The notes below the pieces were generated by a model. The model was not told the origin of the DNA. It saw only the letters and a list, made by a program, of their open reading frames with translations, and made no database searches. The translations under genes and the position numbers were made by a program. This document shows positions 18,849-25,123 of a DNA stretch of 64,000 bases, piece by piece. The DNA is taken from positions 61,102 through 125,101 of the IMG/VR virus record IMGVR_UViG_3300005563_000030; one strand, written 5' to 3'. Origin of the DNA: a virus. Within the stretch, counting starts at the first letter, position 1; every line of letters starts with the position of its first letter.

Positions 18849-18880
18849 CAAAGATAAGTAAAATATTTGAAACTACCAAA
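18849..18880 (-). promoter_or_regulatory. Promoter of tRNA operon A
   Basis: TTTG-N20-TATCTTTG, 4 nt before leader ATG. Confidence 0.8.
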
Positions 18881-18895
18881 TATTCTTAAAAGAAG

Positions 18896-18979
18896 TCGAT
18901 GCAGAGAGATTTGAACTCCCATAGCCGAATGGCGACAGTTTTACAGACTGCTGATTTCAACCCACTTACCATTACATCG
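18896..18979 (-). tRNA. tRNA-Tyr(GTA), C1-G72
   Basis: CGATGTA/TGCATCG-A acceptor, loop CT-GTA-AA, long variable arm GCCATTCGGC. Confidence 0.85.
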
Positions 18980-19048
18980 AGATAGCTGTCTATTCCAGCT
19001 TGTCAAACCCTTTTTATTTCATACTACGTCGCCGAGATACACGACCTG

Positions 19049-19137
19049 CGGAAAGAAGAGGAACCGACCCCCACCCGATTTAACGAGACCTAGTTTTCAA
19101 GACTAGTCGGCGCTCCAATGCACCTGCTTTTCTTTCC
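19049..19137 (-). tRNA. tRNA-Ser(TGA)
   Basis: GGAAAGA/TCTTTCC-G acceptor, loop CT-TGA-AA, long variable arm, variant T-loop GGTCGGTTC. Confidence 0.82.
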
Positions 19138-19141
19138 AGAG

Positions 19142-19227
19142 CGGAGAACAGTGGCCCTGATCCACATACGTTCGATGACGTACCACCTCTTTAGCAGAGA
19201 GGGCATACCCTAGTATGTCTATTCTCC
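19142..19227 (-). tRNA. tRNA-Ser(GCT)
   Basis: GGAGAAT/GTTCTCC-G acceptor, CCTCT-CT-GCT-AA-AGAGG, long variable arm, highly variant T-loop GATCAGGGC. Confidence 0.78.
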
Positions 19228-19232
19228 AAATG

Positions 19233-19306
19233 TACTCCTAGTCAGATTTGAACTGACACTTGACAGATTTTAAGTCTGTTGACTCTCCCTGTTGGTCTAT
19301 AGGAGC
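19233..19306 (-). tRNA. tRNA-Leu(TAA), short variable loop
   Basis: ACAGA-CT-TAA-AA-TCTGT, GTTCAAATC, A73. Confidence 0.88.
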
Positions 19307-19382
19307 TGGTAGCTACGGTGAGATTTGAACTCACACTAAATAGTTTCTAAGACTATTGCCTCTCCCATTGGGCTACGTAGCC
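19307..19382 (-). tRNA. tRNA-Leu(TAG), short variable loop, encoded CCA
   Basis: ATAGT-CT-TAG-AA-ACTAT, GTTCAAATC, ends ACCA. Confidence 0.9.
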
Positions 19383-19389
19383 ATAAAAT

Positions 19390-19420
19390 AAAAAACCCCC
19401 ACTTATGAATAAGCAGGGGG
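19390..19420 (-). terminator. Attenuator terminator of tRNA operon B
   Basis: CCCCCTGCTTA-TTCA-TAAGTGGGGG-TTTTTT just upstream of tRNA-Leu(TAG). Confidence 0.85.
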
Positions 19421-19446
19421 TAAACTAAAAACGGAAAAAAGTATCT

Positions 19447-19530
19447 TTATATTCCGACAATAAGCCCCCCTGCCACAGGATAACTGAGACTAGATAAATA
19501 GGAGAGTAAATATTGCTTCACGAATTTCAT
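19447..19530 (-). CDS. Attenuator leader peptide B (MKFVKQYLLSYLSSLSYPVAGGLIVGI)
   Basis: 27-aa ORF; codons 7-17 encode only Y,L,S, the amino acids of the downstream tRNAs. Confidence 0.85.
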   Translation of the reverse strand: MKFVKQYLLSYLSSLSYPVAGGLIVGI

Positions 19531-19534
19531 AACA

Positions 19535-19566
19535 CGAAGATAGGAAAACTTTTTCAATTTTCCAAA
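19535..19566 (-). promoter_or_regulatory. Promoter of tRNA operon B
   Basis: TTTG-N20-TATCTTCG, 4 nt before leader ATG. Confidence 0.75.
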
Positions 19567-19700
19567 TTTTCATTTATTGAATAAGTACGATCACATAAAT
19601 CGCAGTAATAAACTGGTCCTAGATTTTCTCCGAACACTCCAATCTCATCTATAATTATGAATTGTTCATTACATTCAGGACATCTGTTTTCTGATTTCAT
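19554..19700 (-). CDS. Small zinc-ribbon protein (48 aa)
   Basis: MKSENRCPEC...YYCDLCDRTY; two CxxC motifs; ATG right after tRNA-Ala. Confidence 0.6.
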   Translation of the reverse strand: MKSENRCPECNEQFIIIDEIGVFGENLGPVYYCDLCDRTYSINENLEN

Positions 19701-19702
19701 AG

Positions 19703-19772
19703 TGGACACAGTGGGAATCGAACCCAAAAGTTCTCCTTGCAAGGGAGACTGCCTACCGTTGGCATCTGGCCC
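19703..19772 (-). tRNA. tRNA-Ala(TGC)
   Basis: TCTCC-CT-TGC-AA-GGAGA, G3.U70, GTTCGATTC. Confidence 0.85.
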
Positions 19773-19777
19773 AGAAG

Positions 19778-19850
19778 TAGGAAGTCTGAGAATCGAACTC
19801 AGGAGTCCACTTTGTAAGAGTGGCATATTAAACCTCTGTATGAACTTCCT
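19778..19850 (-). tRNA. tRNA-Val(TAC)
   Basis: AGGAAGT/ACTTCCT-A acceptor, CCACT-CT-TAC-AA-AGTGG. Confidence 0.87.
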
Positions 19851-19853
19851 ATG

Positions 19854-19926
19854 TCGCTGAGGGAAGAGTCGAACTTCCAGTCTTACACGTATCAGGCGTC
19901 TGCGTTAACCATTACGCTACTCAGCG
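19854..19926 (-). tRNA. tRNA-Ile(GAT)
   Basis: CGCTGAG/CTCAGCG-A acceptor, loop CT-GAT-AC. Confidence 0.87.
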
Positions 19927-19928
19927 GG

Positions 19929-20000
19929 TTGGCTCTAAGGGGGTTGAACCCTTATCCTTCTCGTTATGAGCGAGCTGCTCCACCTTTGAGCTAAGAGCCG
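19929..20000 (-). tRNA. tRNA with CAT anticodon, probably Ile2 (lysidine) rather than Met
   Basis: CTCG-CT-CAT-AA-CGAG; sits next to Ile(GAT); the operon leader has an ATA codon and no internal ATG. Confidence 0.75.
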
Positions 20001-20005
20001 ATATG

Positions 20006-20077
20006 TACTCTCGAAGGGTTTCGATCCCTCTTCTACACCTTGAAAGGGTGTCATCCTAGCCACTAGACGACGAGAGC
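20006..20077 (-). tRNA. tRNA-Glu(TTC)
   Basis: ACACC-CT-TTC-AA-GGTGT, Glu-type D-arm TCGTCTAGTGGCTAGGA, T-loop GATCGAAAC. Confidence 0.88.
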
Positions 20078-20126
20078 TGGTGTACAGACTATCACTGACC
20101 TTGGTAACTGACTTTCACAGATTTTG

Positions 20127-20197
20127 TGCGCTACTGGGGAGTCGAACCCCACCCCTCTGATTGGAAGTCAGATAGACTACCGAAATCCTTGTAACGC
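20127..20197 (-). tRNA. tRNA-Gly(TCC)
   Basis: GCG start, TCTGA-CT-TCC-AA-TCAGA, GTTCGACTC. Confidence 0.87.
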
Positions 20198-20204
20198 ATA
20201 TAAG

Positions 20205-20277
20205 AAGAGCTGGAGGGATTCAAACCCCCGACGTTCTGTTTAGAAAACAGACATTCTGTTCCCTGAATTACAGCTCT
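20205..20277 (-). tRNA. tRNA-Arg(TCT)
   Basis: AGAGCTG/CAGCTCT acceptor, TCTGT-TT-TCT-AA-ACAGA. Confidence 0.85.
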
Positions 20278-20278
20278 G

Positions 20279-20352
20279 AGGACTAGGAGCGAGTCGAACG
20301 CTCATGTTCCCGCTTCGTAGGCGGGAGCTCTATCCAGTTAAGCTACCAGTCC
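20279..20352 (-). tRNA. tRNA-Arg(ACG)
   Basis: CCCGC-CT-ACG-AA-GCGGG, canonical D and T arms. Confidence 0.92.
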
Positions 20353-20361
20353 TTATTTATG

Positions 20362-20432
20362 TACCCCCGCACGGTAACGATCCGTGTTCTACTGGTTAAA
20401 AGCCAGTAGCTTCACCTTAAAGCTTCGAGGGT
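20362..20432 (-). tRNA. tRNA-Lys(TTT)
   Basis: ACTGG-CT-TTT-AA-CCAGT, variant T-loop GATCGTTAC. Confidence 0.87.
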
Positions 20433-20434
20433 AT

Positions 20435-20474
20435 AAAAACCAAAACCCCCAAGCTTCTTTAAGGCTCAGGGGTT
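20435..20474 (-). terminator. Attenuator terminator of tRNA operon C
   Basis: AACCCCTGAGC-CTTAAAGAA-GCTTGGGGGTT-TTGGTTTTT immediately upstream of tRNA-Lys. Confidence 0.8.
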
Positions 20475-20503
20475 CGATGTTATGACACACATTAATTAAG
20501 TCA

Positions 20504-20581
20504 TTAGCAAATAGAACCACCTGAGCCACATTTGACAATGCGCTCTGCTCCTCTACCCGCTATAATGACTAATAAACTCAT
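20504..20581 (-). CDS. Attenuator leader peptide C (MSLLVIIAGRGAERIVKCGSGGSIC)
   Basis: 25-aa ORF; codons 5-17 encode only V,I,A,G,R,E,K, the amino acids of the downstream tRNAs. Confidence 0.85.
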   Translation of the reverse strand: MSLLVIIAGRGAERIVKCGSGGSIC

Positions 20582-20598
20582 TTCTTTAAATTATAATA

Positions 20599-20630
20599 CA
20601 AATATACGAAAACTTTTTTACAATTCCAAA
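20599..20630 (-). promoter_or_regulatory. Promoter of tRNA operon C
   Basis: TTTG-N20-TATATTTG, 17 nt before leader ATG. Confidence 0.8.
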
Positions 20631-21016
20631 TCTTCTTCATCACCTTCTATACTTTCGTCTTCAGGAATGTCATCTTCATAATCCAAAGGTGTGCAATCCA
20701 TAATCTGTACACCCATTTGTTCCATATACAATTCCATGAAATCTGAGAAACCTGCTTTTACTATTAAAGAACTCTCAGCCTTTCTGAAATGAATTGTGAC
20801 ATGATCCTTTTCTTTAGCTCTATTAAAGTGATGAATATCTTTTAAATCAAATACTACAGGACCATATTCATGCACAATATCCATCATAATCATGCTATCT
20901 TCTGGACCTTCATCTCCATTAATGAGACGGTTTAATTCTGCTTCTTCCCGGTTAGCTTGACTATTACGAGGAGCAAGCTCCGACCATCTCGCTAACATTT
21001 TTACAATTGTACTCAT
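20618..21016 (-). CDS. Hypothetical acidic protein
   Basis: 132 aa ORF. Confidence 0.65.
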   Translation of the reverse strand: MSTIVKMLARWSELAPRNSQANREEAELNRLINGDEGPEDSMIMMDIVHEYGPVVFDLKDIHHFNRAKEKDHVTIHFRKAESSLIVKAGFSDFMELYMEQMGVQIMDCTPLDYEDDIPEDESIEGDEEDLEL

Positions 21017-21276
21017 TTTTCTAAGTTTAATATTTTTGAAAGATCACCATCTGTTTTCTCTATAATCTCAATTAATGTATTAATATTTGATGAAGAAATA
21101 GGCTCTTTCTTTCCATTAAAGTAATCGAGGTAATCCTCTCTAGTAAACGCACACCATTTATGGGTGTATATATTATAGTGGAATAACCACTTATAAAGGT
21201 TTGTATTATTCATATTTTGCTTATTCATATGATATTCAAGTAGTTCTAAAGACTTTCTATAAATATTGTAATTCAT
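21013..21276 (-). CDS. Hypothetical protein
   Basis: WLFHYNIYTHKWCAFTR-containing ORF; start placed after promoter 21280-21311. Confidence 0.55.
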   Translation of the reverse strand: MNYNIYRKSLELLEYHMNKQNMNNTNLYKWLFHYNIYTHKWCAFTREDYLDYFNGKKEPISSSNINTLIEIIEKTDGDLSKILNLEK

Positions 21277-21279
21277 ATA

Positions 21280-21311
21280 CAAATGTACACAGAATAGTTG
21301 AAAACTCCAAA
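21280..21311 (-). promoter_or_regulatory. Bacteroidota-type promoter
   Basis: TTTG-N20-TACATTTG. Confidence 0.7.
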
Positions 21312-21511
21312 TAAAAAAGGAAGTATTTCTACTTCCTACTGTACTATTAATAAATACATATCTTTTACACACTGTTCAGTGAGGGTGAATGGGTGGCAAT
21401 CCCCCACTCTAGTAAGTCTAAATAGCTTTCTCTCTTTGTCATAATCCTGTATTAGATAGTGTGTGTAATTGTCATCAATTACTACATCATTAATTCCTGC
21501 CTTTAGTTCAT

Positions 21512-21979
21512 TCATACTCCCACTAGTTTACAAATCGTTCTAAATGTGTTAATATCAGGACATTTTCCACAGAATAGTCGTTCTCCATCTAGGTTATAAA
21601 TAAATAATTGCTTATCGTATGGTCTATATGAAAGATCATAGTGTCCAGATACTACGAGCATATCATCCAGAAAGTACTCTCCATCTCTTTTTACTACTCT
21701 AGGATGTTCTCTATAGAACCCATTTTTTAAATACTTTGTCCATCCTTCAGCAACTATTTGCTCTTCTGATAAGAAAGGACAGCGTATTTCAGCACATCTA
21801 TCCCAAATAGCTAATGAAAGCACATCATCTATATTACAGTTCCATCCATCTCTAGCTTCTGCGTCAGGATAGAGGATAGTAATAGGTGTATATGTATCTT
21901 CATATCCTAGATTCCAGTTGATTTCTCCTTCCCATCCTACTCTTATTTCTTCTTTTGTAGGGTAATGATACTCAGCCAC
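21512..21979 (-). CDS. Hypothetical protein
   Basis: 155 aa ORF ending FCGKCPDINTFRTICKLVGV. Confidence 0.6.
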   Translation of the reverse strand: MAEYHYPTKEEIRVGWEGEINWNLGYEDTYTPITILYPDAEARDGWNCNIDDVLSLAIWDRCAEIRCPFLSEEQIVAEGWTKYLKNGFYREHPRVVKRDGEYFLDDMLVVSGHYDLSYRPYDKQLFIYNLDGERLFCGKCPDINTFRTICKLVGV

Positions 21980-23130
21980 TGCTTAAAATTTTTTCATTAT
22001 TAATTACCAAAAGGAATACAAAATCTAAACTTACCTATTTCTGTATTATTAATATAGAAGGGTTTAGATGCTATTTCATCCATTCTGGATAGAAGAGGGG
22101 TAGTGTTGAAGTGCGTTTGCCTGTACAGGCGCCACTTCACCTCGTCGAAATACAGCCCCTTTATTGATTTGCTATAGTAGGCGCGATCTCTCTCCAGCCA
22201 CTGTTTTAACACCTTATAGGGCTCTCTACGAATGGTTATGTGAGTCTCAGGTGCATTGTCAATTTCATCATATCTACTCGCCCAGTCGTTCACGCTCTCT
22301 GCGCTATTCTTCTCTCCTGTCATAACTTTCTAGTTCGTTTTTACATTTTAATACAACATCCTTTATGCTCTGGAATGTTACGTCCTTTAATTCCATTAGC
22401 TCAAATATTGCTACTTTATAAGAAGGATGCGAGTATTGCATCTCCATGTAAATCTTTAGCTTAGGCGCTTGTTCTGGTGTCTCCTTCATTCTTATATGGG
22501 ATTGAATAGAACCACTTTTCAGCTTCAGCGTTTTGCTCAAACTCACCAGCAGTTCCGGTGATTAATAAGTTGTTTTTAAACTCTGGACTTATAGCTGGAA
22601 AACACATAGCCATTATTGCTGCTAAGAGCCTCTTTTCCGTATCTGATAATATTATTTCCTCCATATCTCTTATATAATTTACCTGTTATTGATTTTCTTA
22701 GTTTTAAGAACCTAAGTGCTTTTTTCACATAAATCCTTTCATATCCAAGTTCTCTCTCCATAGCTTCATCTAGTAATTCATATCCACCTACTCCTGTGTA
22801 GAGTCTTATTTTACGTTGTGGTGGTTCCTTCTGAAACATCTCTTCCAGTGCCTGTCTCATCCATTCCAAGCTTATATTCTCCATCTGTTTTTTCATCTAG
22901 TTGTCTTAATAATTCCCAAAGTTCATTCATCGGAATACCGCTAGGCTCTCCTTCTATATGCTCTATTTCCACTATATAAGGAACTCTCATATCTGGTGGT
23001 ATTTCCCACCCCCATCTTTCAACCTCATCTTTATTAATATATAATGTATGTGTAATAGAATCTGAATTCCTAATTCTTTCTCCTATTTCATTACATCTAC
23101 AAGGTGTGTAGTCACAATACGAACAGTGTG

Positions 23131-23466
23131 TCATGGTAACGGTTTTCCTACTTTTAAATTAATATAAGCTTCATAGAGCATTTCTTCTGTCATGCTATTT
23201 AATCTTACTTGATTCCATCTCCATTTCTCGTTAGGAAATCCGTCTAACTGACCATATCCTTTCTTATAAGCAACTTCACAGTCCTGATAAGAAGAAGGAC
23301 TTCTTGAACTTAACAAATGAATAAGATCGTCCTTGTCTAAATTTACTGTTAACATTTTTGGTGTGCGTTTAAACGCTTGAAACACTCCACCAGAAGTACG
23401 CTGGTCTATCTTATTCCAAGCATCAATTGTTCTGTTAATAAAATCCTCAGTTTCTTGGTTTGTCAT
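23131..23466 (-). CDS. Hypothetical protein (one of a run of small ORFs 22000-23466)
   Basis: 111 aa ORF in tightly packed cluster. Confidence 0.55.
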   Translation of the reverse strand: MTNQETEDFINRTIDAWNKIDQRTSGGVFQAFKRTPKMLTVNLDKDDLIHLLSSRSPSSYQDCEVAYKKGYGQLDGFPNEKWRWNQVRLNSMTEEMLYEAYINLKVGKPLP

Positions 23467-23816
23467 TTTTCTTTAACTTTGGCGCTTTTTCAAAAGCTTC
23501 ATTAAAAGCTAGCATTCCTCCTTTCGTACCATAAGACCTATAATCTCCTTGATCTATCCTATACGTATGAGGCGCTATTTTAACTACTCTCATATCAACA
23601 AACATTTGTTTTCTACTTTTCATTTTATCAATTTTAATAGTGAATCTAATTCTTCTAAATTATCTAATACTATTATAAGAAGTTTAATTCATTTACTAAA
23701 TCCATATTATCTCAATTTTATCATAACCCTTAGGAAGAACAATTCGCTTTAGCGCTTCTACAAAGAGCCAACTTCCAGTGCGGTATTTCATCCTTACATA
23801 AAGTGTTTTCATACAA

Positions 23817-23848
23817 CAAATTTACAATATTTCCTAGAATTTATCAAA
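23817..23848 (-). promoter_or_regulatory. Bacteroidota-type promoter
   Basis: TTTG-N20-TAAATTTG. Confidence 0.65.
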
Positions 23849-24358
23849 TTTATTTTCTTCTAAATATTTAATAGCTTCTTGCATAAGTATTATATTATCT
23901 TTAAATTTACCGAGCCCTCCATTACAATCTGTACATAGTAAGCCTCTTACTTTACCAGTAGTATGACAATGATCTACATCTAATAGCTGTCTTGTTACTT
24001 GTAAATAATGAGTACCACATATTTTACAACACTCATTCTGTTCTTTTAAGAGATTATCATAACCTTCTAAAGTAAGTCCGTACTTTCTAAGTGTGTGTTT
24101 TCTGCTTATAATTTTTCTAGCTTCAAGGTTTTTCTTAGACCAGTTATTACTTCTTTCTCTCATACGAGTTATTCTCTGAGAATTTCCCGAATAACCTCTT
24201 ACTTTTCGTCTTGCATCCTTCGCTTTATTGTCACACCTCTTACAAGTAGATCTATAAAAATAACTTCTTGTACCATCCTTTAATATATTAAAACTTCTCA
24301 CCATTTTATCAAGCTCTTTCTCTTCACCACATTTGGCGCATAATTTTTTTTCGCACAT
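23834..24358 (-). CDS. Endonuclease VII-family (HNH-type) nuclease, likely free-standing homing endonuclease
   Basis: CKIC...VDHCHTTGKVRGLLCTDCNGGLG motif plus N-terminal CxxC zinc finger. Confidence 0.85.
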   Translation of the reverse strand: MCEKKLCAKCGEEKELDKMVRSFNILKDGTRSYFYRSTCKRCDNKAKDARRKVRGYSGNSQRITRMRERSNNWSKKNLEARKIISRKHTLRKYGLTLEGYDNLLKEQNECCKICGTHYLQVTRQLLDVDHCHTTGKVRGLLCTDCNGGLGKFKDNIILMQEAIKYLEENKFDKF

Positions 24359-24529
24359 TTTTATTTTTTTGTTTTTTAAAAATACTACTAATTTTTTATA
24401 TTTCCAAGCCGGGGAGGTAATTTTTTTCATTTTTTTTATATATACCCCCTCTTAGGCCCAGTAACAACCACTCCCCGCCTTAAATCTAGCGGTGCGATAG
24501 GGCCCCGTAGACTTAAAAAACTCTACTTT

Positions 24530-24883
24530 ATGAAATTACAATTCACAATTGAGAACATCACTGAATCAAATGGTGGAAAGACATTAGTTTTAAAGCTTAC
24601 TCAGAAGATTGCAATGTTTGGAATTGCAGATGCTAAAAAGCAGACATTCTATCTGGGTGGTGTTAACATTGCTGCCAAGGATAAGATTGCAGTTGGACAG
24701 GTTGTTGAGGAAGACCTCACGAGGTTTTGGATTGTTGAGCGTGAGACTATGCTAATTGAAGAGAATGGTAAAGGCACCTTCATGACTCTTGAAGAAGCTG
24801 AGAAGTCTGGTAAGAAAGGCATTGTCATGAAAATGAAATGGCTGCATGATAAAATGATGTACCCTGAAAAGCCTGCTGCATAA
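24530..24883 (+). CDS. Hypothetical protein, first gene after strand switch
   Basis: 117 aa ORF followed by terminator-like hairpin. Confidence 0.7.
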   Translation: MKLQFTIENITESNGGKTLVLKLTQKIAMFGIADAKKQTFYLGGVNIAAKDKIAVGQVVEEDLTRFWIVERETMLIEENGKGTFMTLEEAEKSGKKGIVMKMKWLHDKMMYPEKPAA

Positions 24884-25072
24884 GCAGCTTTTCTTTTAAT
24901 TCATATTGGACAGTTGCAGACTAGTGACTGTCCTTTTATTCTTAAAGTCGAGTCGCAGAGTACACATTCTATGTTGTAGTGAATGTGTGCGTCTGTATTA
25001 TTAATCAACAAATTGCTTGTTATGAACAAAGATATTATGCTTGAGAATGACTTATATGAGCATTCAGCAGAA

Positions 25073-25123
25073 TAATTAGAAATTATCTAATTTAGGTCGG
25101 CACCTAATTAGAAATTATCTAAT
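25073..25123. repeat. 19-bp direct repeat with internal dyad
   Basis: TAATTAGAAATTATCTAAT at 25073-25091 and 25105-25123. Confidence 0.8.

Noticed and set aside
18981-19046. Spacer with AGCTG-GAATAGA-CAGCT hairpin; possible theta/HDV-like ribozyme after tRNA-Ser
   Set aside because: Could not build the nested double pseudoknot by eye; only a small hairpin is supported.
19701-19860. N-terminal extension of ORF 19554-19826 and ORF 19657-19860
   Set aside because: Overlap tRNA-Ala/Val; only the 48-aa part from ATG 19700 is plausible.
20078-20125. Spacer ending in ACCA between tRNA-Gly and tRNA-Glu
   Set aside because: No cloverleaf or T-loop; at most a remnant.
18702-20630. T-box riboswitch explanation for the tRNA operon leaders
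   Set aside because: No UGGNACC T-box antiterminator motif and the leaders are short; open frames with matched codon runs fit ribosome-mediated attenuation.
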